Translations under genes and position numbers: made by a program | Part shown: in pieces, positions 1 to 7,741 of the stretch | Layout of the letters: every line of letters begins with the position of its first letter | Position numbering within the stretch: the first letter of the stretch is position 1 | From: a virus | Taxonomy: Duplodnaviria; Caudoviricetes | Direction: 5' to 3' (one strand) | DNA: 38,359 bases | IMG/VR virus record: IMGVR_UViG_3300020042_002598 | Span: 1 to 38,359 of that record | Notes under the pieces: generated by a model | The model's database searches: none | What the model saw: only the letters and a program-made list of their open reading frames with translations | What the model was told of the DNA's origin: nothing

Positions 1-128
1 TATTCGCGGCCGGTGTTGAATTTAAGGGCACGTGCGCGCGCACCGGCGCGCCGATCCGGCCAGGGGATCAGATCCAATATGACACGGCCACGCGCCATGC
101 TGCGGGTGCTGCAATATATGATCGATAA
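1..128 (+). pseudogene. Truncated/frameshifted small phage gene at the window edge
   Basis: Frame 3 reads ...FKGTCARTGAPIRPGDQIQYDTATRH. Frame 2 from nt 92 reads APCCGCCNI*, with a TGA (119-121) overlapping the next ATG. Frame 2 is closed by stops upstream of nt 83. Confidence 0.4.
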
Positions 129-276
129 ACCCGAAACCCTACGCAAAGCGCTCGAAGCGCTTATTTTCTACGTGGACCAGGCAGCGCCTGATTTACCGGA
201 TACGGCCAGAATCGAAAACCTAGCGTATGCAATGGACCGCGCGCGCGAAGCGCTGGCTAGGGAGGCCACACAATGA
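118..276 (+). CDS. Hypothetical protein (52 aa)
   Basis: ATG at 118 lies in an ATGA overlap with the upstream stop, and its own stop overlaps the next ATG. This start is preferred over the ORF-track start at 13. Confidence 0.65.
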   Translation: MIDKPETLRKALEALIFYVDQAAPDLPDTARIENLAYAMDRAREALAREATQ

Positions 277-428
277 CCTACTACACACACAAGGCCGCTG
301 CTCAGGCGCTGGCCGATCACTTAACCATGCAAGACCGCGACGCGTGGAGCTATCAAGTACACGGGAGCCCGCGCGGCTTCTATGTGGCCGTTTTCGATGA
401 CGACAATCACTTTTTGGGGGTCTTATGA
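273..428 (+). CDS. Hypothetical protein (51 aa, MTYYTHKAAAQALADH...)
   Basis: Not in the ORF track. GGAGG RBS at ~261, with ATGA overlaps at both ends. Confidence 0.7.
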   Translation: MTYYTHKAAAQALADHLTMQDRDAWSYQVHGSPRGFYVAVFDDDNHFLGVL

Positions 429-511
429 CAACACGAGAATTTTTTGACGCGTTGGGTTTTGCAGTATGCATTGCCTTACCCTTTATTTTTTATTTTTGGG
501 AGATGACATGA
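425..511 (+). CDS. Small membrane peptide (28 aa, MTTREFFDALGFAVCIALPFIFYFWEMT)
   Basis: ATGA overlaps at both ends, GGGGG upstream, one hydrophobic segment. Confidence 0.6.
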   Translation: MTTREFFDALGFAVCIALPFIFYFWEMT

Positions 512-924
512 TCGACGAATTAGAACGGGCCGCATATGCTGCGGGTGACACTGGCCGCGCTGACCTATTGGCGCGGATCGACGAACTACAGCGCGCGCTG
601 GGTGAATCAGTGGCCGAGAATGAAACGCTACGCGATGACATGGGGGCGCTGACCGATCAGCGCGATGAAATACGCGATGAATTGGACACGCTGCGCATTG
701 AAAACATGCGACCGGCCCCAGGTATCGGTGAAACAGAATTTATATTCGATCACCCGAACGGCGATGAACTGACATGCTATCTGGAGATCGATTGGGGCGA
801 TGAAACCGAGCCGCCCCGCGCAACACTGGTCAATGCCTATCTGGGCGCGGTGGATGTGCAGGGTTTGCTGCCGGTCAAAATAATTGACCAGATCGAAAGC
901 GAGGCACTCTATGATCCTAGCTGA
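508..924 (+). CDS. Hypothetical acidic protein with N-terminal coiled coil
   Basis: ATG at 508 follows GGGAG and lies in an ATGA overlap. Heptad-like N-terminal half. Confidence 0.75.
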   Translation: MIDELERAAYAAGDTGRADLLARIDELQRALGESVAENETLRDDMGALTDQRDEIRDELDTLRIENMRPAPGIGETEFIFDHPNGDELTCYLEIDWGDETEPPRATLVNAYLGAVDVQGLLPVKIIDQIESEALYDPS

Positions 925-1132
925 CTTTTGCGGTATACCGCGCACCATGGCCGAAATTGAGGCCGAAGGGTTCACGCGGCACCAAGTTTACGGCGCGGTC
1001 AAACGGGGCGAACTGGTCAACCAAAACCGCAAAGACGCATGGGGGCGCGTCAAGCGGGGGGCGGGTCTGTTTACTGTTGCCGCACCGGCACCGGCTTACG
1101 ACGCCGCCGCTTTGGTGGATGTATGGCGGTGA
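911..1132 (+). CDS. Hypothetical protein, possible winged-HTH
   Basis: GAGG RBS before ATG 911. The pattern PRTMAEIEAEGFTRHQVYGAVKRGEL is HTH-like. Confidence 0.6.
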   Translation: MILADFCGIPRTMAEIEAEGFTRHQVYGAVKRGELVNQNRKDAWGRVKRGAGLFTVAAPAPAYDAAALVDVWR

Positions 1133-1182
1133 TATGCGCGGCCTTGATTGCCGCTATACTTGCCGTTCTGCTTGGTCTCTAA
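1123..1182 (+). CDS. 19-aa hydrophobic peptide MAVICAALIAAILAVLLGL
   Basis: GGTGGA upstream. Entirely hydrophobic. The stop lies just before the terminator. Confidence 0.45.
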   Translation: MAVICAALIAAILAVLLGL

Positions 1183-1201
1183 GCAGTTGCCAAACCCTTA
1201 C

Positions 1202-1227
1202 AGCCCGCCTCGTGCGGGCTTTTTTTT
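1202..1227 (+). terminator. Intrinsic terminator at the convergence of the micro-ORF operon and the primase gene
   Basis: AGCCCGC-CTCGT-GCGGGCT followed by a T7 tract. Confidence 0.85.
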
Positions 1228-3493
1228 ACCCTTCGACCATGTCGCGCAGGTCGGATTTGCTGGCGCGCATATGCTCGGGGGCGCAGTAAATATGCTTTTT
1301 CGTGGTATATGTGCGCGACGCGACGCGGCCTTGGTCGATCCAGTTAGCCTCCTTCAACGCATGCAATAACGCGGCCTGTACGATTTTGACCCCGCTGGGG
1401 GCGTACCCTTGCAGGCGGTCGCACAGGGCGTGGAAGGGGGACGCGATGACCCCACGCGAGAATTCACCGACACGGCGGCGCATCTGGTCAACCAAAAACG
1501 ACTCGGCGGTTGACATGCCGTGCTCGACCATGATGGCCTTGGCCTCGGTCATTGGGGGCGGCGCGGTCGGGTTCCAGGCTGACACGTCACGGGTGTGAAG
1601 GTAATGGGCGACGGCCTCAAAGCCCGCGCGGTGCTGGTACCAGTTCCACAAGGCCACGGCCTGCGTCTCGGGTAACTTTTCGGCGGCGCACCATATGACA
1701 AACCACCGGCGATCCTCTGAGGGCAGCGAGATGGCCACGCGCTCATTGGAGAATGCGATCACGAACACGCGGTTCAGGGCGTAGTAGGGGTGCAAGCCTT
1801 TGCGGTTGACCATCAGGTACTCGGGGGGCGCGGCAATGATGGGCTTGAGGGTATTCTCAAGGGCGCGGCGGTCTTTGGCCTCGGCTTGGCGTAGCTCGGC
1901 GATCTCCATCACTTCGCATTCGAGCGCGTAACCCCACTGCGAATTCAAATCTTCGTTTTTGACCAATGAGCAATTGGCCTTGGCGTTGCCGCCGATAGCC
2001 CAGAAGAACGGGGCGAAGAGAGTATCTTTGCCGCTGCCGTGGTTGCCGCCCATCAGGACGGCGTGGTTGATCTTATGTGTGGGGAATTGCACCTTGTGCG
2101 CCAGGGCGTTCAGTAGGTGCTCGCGCTCAAACTTTTCGGGCACCATGCGCTCGACGTGCGCCAGCCACGGGCTGACGTCACCAGGCGCGGGCTTGGGGCG
2201 GGCGTTGCGCCAGCGGTTGCCGTAGACCATGCCTTCGCGGGCGACCAGAATGGATTCACCGGCGGCGTAGGTGACGCCAACCAGCGCCTTGGCTCCCTTG
2301 GCTTGGCGTAGCTCATCAAACGACGTGCTGGCTTCAATGCGGCGCTTGGTGTTGTGGACTGACTTGCAATCTATGTGACGGAACAGGGCGTTGAAAGTGT
2401 ATCGGCTGATTTCGCGGCGGTCTTGCATGTCGAAGAACGCATCATCTACTTGTATGTACGCGAACCGCTCAAACCAGTCATTCTTTTCAATGCGGCCAAG
2501 CTCTTTGCGCTCGACCTCGGCGATCACCCGCGCGGCTTCGTTGGGATACTGGACAGTTGGGGTGAGCTTGGACAGCGCCGAGTCCATCGCCTGCGCCAGC
2601 AGTTCCTCACGAAGGCCAGGCGTGTGGCTGGGGCCGTCATTGTCGGCCACCCATTGCAGGAACATGCGGGAATCGAAGTCCACGCAGTGCGAATGCAGGC
2701 AGCAGTATGCACGGTTGGCGGGCATGTACCGGCCTTCGGGGTTACCGTCGGTATGCTCGGCACCGTTGGGGCAGATCACGCCTGCCCAGCCTTCGCCGTT
2801 GGGTCGGGACAGCAGCAGACCCTGCTCGGACAGCCACGCCATCACGTCGTCGGCACCGTCGTCCGACAAGCGGATCGGGCGCAGGGTCAGCGAGTCGGCC
2901 TCGACTGGCACCACGCCCAAAGCGGCGCAAATCTCAGGTAGCGTGAACTCACGGTCGGGGTGGAACTCGACCAAGCGCGACGCAAACAGGTTGCGCTCGG
3001 GCTTCAAGTTAACAGAGCCTGGGAGCCTGAAGTTGCGAACGGGGTTGCAGGCACCAGGGTCGGTGTAACCCGCATCGGCGATAGCGCGAATGGCTGCGCT
3101 GAACTCGGCTTTGGTCGGCTGATCGCTGAAGGCGTAGCCCCACTGGAACGACCCTTCGGATGTCTCCATGATCCACGTCGGGGCGATGGGCGGGACTTTG
3201 GACTTGGTGCCGATGTCGTCCAGCATCATGACAAGGATGTACTCGCAATTGTCTGCGCGAGCAGACACGCGGCCATCGGTGAAGCGGTCAACGACGAAGC
3301 TGGCGGTGTTACCGTAAAAGGCTTGGCCAGGCTTAATCCGAATTGCATCAGGTAAGTACGCTGGCCAAGTGCATTTGACTGCGCCGTCGGCGTGAAGTTG
3401 AATCTGGCCGTCTTTTAATTGTGGTTTTTGTCGGACAATTAGTGCTGTCTCGCCGCTTGGGGCGAGTTTTGTGATAAATTCCAAGAATTCCAA
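1226..3493 (-). CDS. Primase-helicase: RepB-like primase domain, Zn-binding segment, SF3-like (DUF5906/NrS-1-type) helicase
   Basis: LDDIG...WIMETSEGSFQWGY primase motifs, CPNGAEH...CLHSHC, Walker A GGNHGSGKDT. Probable TTG start at 3493, 7 nt after GGGAG. Confidence 0.85.
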   Translation of the reverse strand: MEFLEFITKLAPSGETALIVRQKPQLKDGQIQLHADGAVKCTWPAYLPDAIRIKPGQAFYGNTASFVVDRFTDGRVSARADNCEYILVMMLDDIGTKSKVPPIAPTWIMETSEGSFQWGYAFSDQPTKAEFSAAIRAIADAGYTDPGACNPVRNFRLPGSVNLKPERNLFASRLVEFHPDREFTLPEICAALGVVPVEADSLTLRPIRLSDDGADDVMAWLSEQGLLLSRPNGEGWAGVICPNGAEHTDGNPEGRYMPANRAYCCLHSHCVDFDSRMFLQWVADNDGPSHTPGLREELLAQAMDSALSKLTPTVQYPNEAARVIAEVERKELGRIEKNDWFERFAYIQVDDAFFDMQDRREISRYTFNALFRHIDCKSVHNTKRRIEASTSFDELRQAKGAKALVGVTYAAGESILVAREGMVYGNRWRNARPKPAPGDVSPWLAHVERMVPEKFEREHLLNALAHKVQFPTHKINHAVLMGGNHGSGKDTLFAPFFWAIGGNAKANCSLVKNEDLNSQWGYALECEVMEIAELRQAEAKDRRALENTLKPIIAAPPEYLMVNRKGLHPYYALNRVFVIAFSNERVAISLPSEDRRWFVIWCAAEKLPETQAVALWNWYQHRAGFEAVAHYLHTRDVSAWNPTAPPPMTEAKAIMVEHGMSTAESFLVDQMRRRVGEFSRGVIASPFHALCDRLQGYAPSGVKIVQAALLHALKEANWIDQGRVASRTYTTKKHIYCAPEHMRASKSDLRDMVEG

Positions 3494-3508
3494 GTTAGTG
3501 CTCCCGTT

Positions 3509-3536
3509 AAAGCCCGCCTGCAAGCGGGCTTTTTTT
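3509..3536. terminator. Hairpin/terminator between HNH and primase genes
   Basis: AAAGCCCGC-CTGCAA-GCGGGCTTT. Long T tract on the + strand, only a short one on the - strand. Confidence 0.7.
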
Positions 3537-3541
3537 ATTTG

Positions 3542-4057
3542 CTAAACGTGTTTCCACGCGCGGCGGTTACGAATGACAGATATGTGCGCGCGCGAGACGC
3601 CGTACATACGGGCAAGAGCAGCCCCATCTCGGTTGCTGCTTCTTATGTGAGTTACTGCATCGTCGTCTAATTTAGACATCGGGTGCGAAGCGCCTACTAA
3701 ACGACGACCATGGCGCAAGGTATCGGCTATGTTATCTGCTGGTGTCCCATACCGCAGATTGCTGTGATGGTTGTTTGTTTTGTCGCCATCGCAATGCAAT
3801 ACGTGCAACCCTAAAGGGCATTCACCAATAAACGCGCGGGCCACCAAGCGATGAACACTAATTTGAGGGCGGTTAGTACCGTCGGTAAGAGTGACGCATA
3901 GATAACCATTGTTTTTGCGTACTGGCGCTAACTCACGGCCTTTGCGAATCGCTGTGGCACCGTTCCGCGCACCAACAGTCATATCTTTTGAGCGTACGTG
4001 GCCAAATTCGCTTATCTGATAGCGGTCACCCCAGCCAGGGATATCAATCCAAATCAC
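3542..4057 (-). CDS. NUMOD4-HNH homing endonuclease
   Basis: WIDIPGWGDRYQISEFGHVRS (NUMOD4) and VHRLVARAF...HCDGDKTNNHHSNL (HNH). The GTG start overlaps the pol stop (GTGA) and has a GAGG RBS. Confidence 0.9.
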   Translation of the reverse strand: MIWIDIPGWGDRYQISEFGHVRSKDMTVGARNGATAIRKGRELAPVRKNNGYLCVTLTDGTNRPQISVHRLVARAFIGECPLGLHVLHCDGDKTNNHHSNLRYGTPADNIADTLRHGRRLVGASHPMSKLDDDAVTHIRSSNRDGAALARMYGVSRAHISVIRNRRAWKHV

Positions 4058-6009
4058 TTCCCATACCTCGCCATAGCCGCGCATTCAACACCAAGAGGAA
4101 GGCCCTGCGCCCAAGCTGGAGGAGTACACATTATTTCTTCAAGACGGCGCATAGTTTTCTCCACATCATCTATCGGACATTCTAGCACTATTTCATCATG
4201 TACGGTAAGGATAATTTCAAATCCTTCTGCGTCCAATACCCGGCATGAATGCCGCAACAAATCGTTGGCGGTGGCTTGGGTGATATTCTCACACGCCAAC
4301 CCTTTCCAAAGCCTTGCGCGTGGCCACTCAGTCGCGTCTGCTGCCGGTTTCCAAGCGGCCTTGGCGTAGGTTACACCATCGGTTTCCAACTTGGCAAACG
4401 GGTAGCACAAGACTCGACCGGAGGGCAAAGCGTACCAGAGATGCTGACCATCGAATAGGTAGGTAACCCGCCCCACGCTGAACTCATGGCCTTTGTTTCG
4501 CATGGCGCGGGTGTAGGCTTCTTCCAAGTCTTGCCAGTAAGGCACCGACCACGGGTTTGCCCTACGCCATGCGTCAACCATGCGCTTGGCATCTGACTCG
4601 GGCAGGTGCACACCGTAGGCGCGGCCCATAGCCGCAAAGGCACCAATGCCACCGGCAAAGCCGCAGGCCAACTCTTGAACCTTGCCGATCTGGCGCTGCT
4701 CGCCGGTGACCTGATCAACCGTCACGCCAAAGGTGGCCGAGGCGTTGACTTTGTACACGTCCTCGCCTTGGGCAAAGATGGCCAGCTTGCGCTCGCCTGC
4801 TGGGCAGTTGGACAGCCAGGGTGTCGCACGGGCTTCGATGGATGCCCAATCGGCCACGACTAGGGACTTTCCCTTAGCCGGTATCAGTGCGGGCCGGAGC
4901 ATTCCTTTGAGGACATCTGTAACGCGCTTGCCAAACTGAGGAACAATTGAATGGCCTCTGACCATTGCAGTTCTAACGTCCTCGGGCGATTTGGCGCACT
5001 TGCGAGTGAAATTGTGAACTTGGGCTCCGTAGCTTGAAGCTCGACCTGTCGCAGATCCTCCAGCAAACACGAAAGCCCCTCGGACTCGGTTGTCCTCGGC
5101 ATCTGCAAGAGATGCAAGGCGGCTGAACTTCGCAACCGAAGAGGCCCATAAATCATCCGCGCATTGGATGACCTCGGCAACAGCGGGCGGTATCTCATCT
5201 GGGTTCTCCATTGCGAGCAGGTTAGCTCGCACAGTCTTGTCAATCGAATATTTTTTCTCGCCGTCTTTATAGGTTTCCATCAGCTTCAAAGCCTGCGGCC
5301 CCACGCGGTCGATCACCCACTGACGCATCTTAGGCGACCTGACGCTGGTGATCTCACCTTCGGTCACCTCGGCCACGATCTGCTCAATCTCGACCAACTC
5401 ATCGCTGGCAAACTTGATTGCGGCTTGGCACAGCGGCACGTCCACCAACACGCCACGGTCGTTGATCCGCTCGTTGACGTGGTAGTCCTTAACCTCTTCT
5501 ATGGACAACGGGCGCAGGGCTTTGCTGATTGAACGCATGGCCTTAACGTCCTGCTCGCAATACTCAATCATTTCGGCCATGAGCGCAGGGTCTTGCCTGA
5601 AGGTGCCGTCGGCCTGTGGGATCGACAGCAAGCGGATCAACTGCGCGCCTCGGTGGCTCTTCTTCATGGACGCGCCAGCAAACCGGCCAACGTCCTCAAG
5701 CGAGCCAGGCGCACAGTTGGCGCGGGCTTGTGTTGCGGTGCAGTAGAACTGCTCCAGCTTGAAGTTGATCTGCAAGACATACCAAAAGTGCAAGCGTTCA
5801 AACGCCGCGTTGTGGGCATAAATTTGGCCTTTGTACGCTTTTACTTTCTCAGGAAAGGGTTGGCTAGGCAACCACGTCACCACATCATCGTCATCAAAAG
5901 CGTAGGACATGCACAGCACTTCGGTGCTGGGGTCTTGCGCGTAGTTGTAGACGCCCGCAACCATTAGGTTGCAGGCGCTACGGGTCTCAAAATCAAGCCA
6001 GAGTGTCAT
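4054..6009 (-). CDS. polA: Family A DNA polymerase (APSE/SPO2-like) with N-terminal 3'-5' exonuclease
   Basis: ExoI LDFETRS, ExoII HNAAFE, ExoIII YCEQD, motif A ADWASIEAR, motif B RQIGKVQELACGF, motif C VHDEIV. Confidence 0.95.
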   Translation of the reverse strand: MTLWLDFETRSACNLMVAGVYNYAQDPSTEVLCMSYAFDDDDVVTWLPSQPFPEKVKAYKGQIYAHNAAFERLHFWYVLQINFKLEQFYCTATQARANCAPGSLEDVGRFAGASMKKSHRGAQLIRLLSIPQADGTFRQDPALMAEMIEYCEQDVKAMRSISKALRPLSIEEVKDYHVNERINDRGVLVDVPLCQAAIKFASDELVEIEQIVAEVTEGEITSVRSPKMRQWVIDRVGPQALKLMETYKDGEKKYSIDKTVRANLLAMENPDEIPPAVAEVIQCADDLWASSVAKFSRLASLADAEDNRVRGAFVFAGGSATGRASSYGAQVHNFTRKCAKSPEDVRTAMVRGHSIVPQFGKRVTDVLKGMLRPALIPAKGKSLVVADWASIEARATPWLSNCPAGERKLAIFAQGEDVYKVNASATFGVTVDQVTGEQRQIGKVQELACGFAGGIGAFAAMGRAYGVHLPESDAKRMVDAWRRANPWSVPYWQDLEEAYTRAMRNKGHEFSVGRVTYLFDGQHLWYALPSGRVLCYPFAKLETDGVTYAKAAWKPAADATEWPRARLWKGLACENITQATANDLLRHSCRVLDAEGFEIILTVHDEIVLECPIDDVEKTMRRLEEIMCTPPAWAQGLPLGVECAAMARYGK

Positions 6010-6853
6010 TTAATATAGTTTCAAATAATTCACAAGATTCAGAACAGCTACCGTCTTCATACGCCGATGCTGGTACACGGACTGACGCGCCTTTGTTTTC
6101 TTCGTACATCTCAAACAAACGAATGGTGCTGACGTCGCCACGAAAGAAATGGCGGTGGCCTTCTTGAGGGCCAGTAAATTCATGCTCTGCTTCCATACGG
6201 CGGTGAAAGTTATACACCAAAGGGTCGCGCTCTATTTGCATGAAATGCTTCTTTAGTGACTTCTTCCAGCACCCAAGGCAGTTGCCTTCAAACTCGTCGA
6301 TACCAAGATCAAAGTCTTGATCTTCCCACCAGTCAAGCACGTCTTGCTTATCGCTTGGCCAGTTGTGGATCAATGGATAAACCAACGTACGCGCAGCGGC
6401 TGTTTTTGGGTTAACACGCCGCGTCTCGTCTGTGCGAATACCAATAGCTGTTGGTATTTCGTGCTCATTGATACCCAACGATTTCAAATAACTTTTGATC
6501 GGCGACAGTTTCAAGTCGCGTGTGCAACCTGGAAAAGCTGAATTAGGAATGCCGTATTTTTTAATGACTTCTTCAAACGGATCACCATTGCGGGCTGCAC
6601 TGGCGTAATCAACTATCTTATGTGATGGCGCTGATCGTTTGTCATGGTGTACAACTGCTTCAAGCCAAACCGTGTTGAAACCAAAATGCGCGTCGCAGTT
6701 GCGTATGAAGTCAAGCGTCTTAGGGTGTTCAAGGCCCGTGTTAGCAAAGGTCACAATGAACTCATATTGATCCGACCAGTTGTCAAGCAACAGTTTGGTC
6801 ATGTACGCGCTTGTGCGACCACCTGAAAATGATATATGAAATTTAGGTTTCAT
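5993..6853 (-). CDS. PAPS-reductase/DndC-like PP-loop adenine-nucleotide alpha-hydrolase family protein
   Basis: PP-loop SFSGGRTS, FANTGLE, CTRDLK, IGIRTDETRR, NCLGCWKK, C-terminal CSESC. Confidence 0.85.
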   Translation of the reverse strand: MKPKFHISFSGGRTSAYMTKLLLDNWSDQYEFIVTFANTGLEHPKTLDFIRNCDAHFGFNTVWLEAVVHHDKRSAPSHKIVDYASAARNGDPFEEVIKKYGIPNSAFPGCTRDLKLSPIKSYLKSLGINEHEIPTAIGIRTDETRRVNPKTAAARTLVYPLIHNWPSDKQDVLDWWEDQDFDLGIDEFEGNCLGCWKKSLKKHFMQIERDPLVYNFHRRMEAEHEFTGPQEGHRHFFRGDVSTIRLFEMYEENKGASVRVPASAYEDGSCSESCELFETILNDTLA

Positions 6854-7044
6854 TCGTATCTCCTAAAAGCAAACCGCACCACATATGACTTTATAAAAGC
6901 CACGACCGTATTCACCAAGACTAAGATAGCATTTGCTTGTACAGTGGCTTCAATACCAATCAAGGGAAATAAAAGCAAGTTAGATAAAAAAATTAAAACT
7001 GTCCCAGCAATAACTTGCACGGCGGCTTCAATAACATGTTTCAT
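6850..7044 (-). CDS. Small two-TM phage membrane protein
   Basis: AAGGAG RBS before ATG 7044. IEA...LLFPLIG...SYVVR pattern of a common phage family. Confidence 0.75.
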   Translation of the reverse strand: MKHVIEAAVQVIAGTVLIFLSNLLLFPLIGIEATVQANAILVLVNTVVAFIKSYVVRFAFRRYE

Positions 7045-7093
7045 AAGTGTCTCCTTTCCAATGCCGCCTGTCACGCGGCATCAGAAAAACCGC

Positions 7094-7732
7094 TTAGGCA
7101 GACCGGCGACGACGACCTGCTAGCGCTGGTGCGGCTTCCTCAACCTTTGCAGGCTCAGGCTCACCGTCCATGCTGACCCACTCGATCACCTCAAACACAG
7201 GTGTGTAAATCTTGCCGTAGGACTTGTGGGCGTAGTGGTCTTTACGCAGACGCACAATGGCCACTGGCTTGGCTTGATCCTTATCGACCTGCTCGGCCAA
7301 CGCAACAGCGATGGACTGAACCGCTTTCTTACCGCCGACTGACGTGGTGGTGTAACGCGCTTCCATTCCCTTGTCTTCGCCGCTGATGCACTTCAAGCTC
7401 AGGCCGACCTGAGTCTCCCAACCCTTCTTGGCACCTGGGGGCGCTTCGTCGAGTTCGGGCAACGGCTGGCTGACGCTCGCCATCTTCTCGGCCAACACCT
7501 CACCATCACCCCAAGCGATAAAGCCGTGGACAAAGGAGAAGGGATTGATCGCCCACTTGCTGTCGTCTTCGACTTCGGTCTGATCGGCACCGAAGACCCA
7601 GTGGCCAGTTTTATCCATTTTGAGGATAGCTGTACCGGCTGGGCCAACATCGGATTGGATCGCCCGCAGTGCGGATGACAGGGTGGAAACTGCTGGCAGG
7701 CCAGCTTGAGAGAAAGCTACTAAATTGGACAT
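7094..7732 (-). CDS. Putative ssDNA-binding/annealing protein
   Basis: Sits between the DUF2800 nuclease and polA, where APSE-type modules carry SSB. Beta-rich, aromatic, with a flexible tail. Function is positional inference. Confidence 0.55.
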   Translation of the reverse strand: MSNLVAFSQAGLPAVSTLSSALRAIQSDVGPAGTAILKMDKTGHWVFGADQTEVEDDSKWAINPFSFVHGFIAWGDGEVLAEKMASVSQPLPELDEAPPGAKKGWETQVGLSLKCISGEDKGMEARYTTTSVGGKKAVQSIAVALAEQVDKDQAKPVAIVRLRKDHYAHKSYGKIYTPVFEVIEWVSMDGEPEPAKVEEAAPALAGRRRRSA

Positions 7733-7741
7733 GATTTTCCT

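Noticed and set aside
3494-3523. ORF-track start of the primase at 3523
   Set aside because: It lies in the hairpin loop with no RBS. TTG 3493 has GGGAG at good spacing.
5993-6853. Calling this cysH, a sulfur-metabolism AMG
   Set aside because: It lacks the C-terminal ECGLH motif of true PAPS/APS reductases and has no sulfur-pathway context.
7061-7081. Hairpin ATGCCGC-N7-GCGGCAT after the putative SSB gene as a terminator
   Set aside because: No U tract follows it on the coding strand. It may be a stability element, but that is unsupported.
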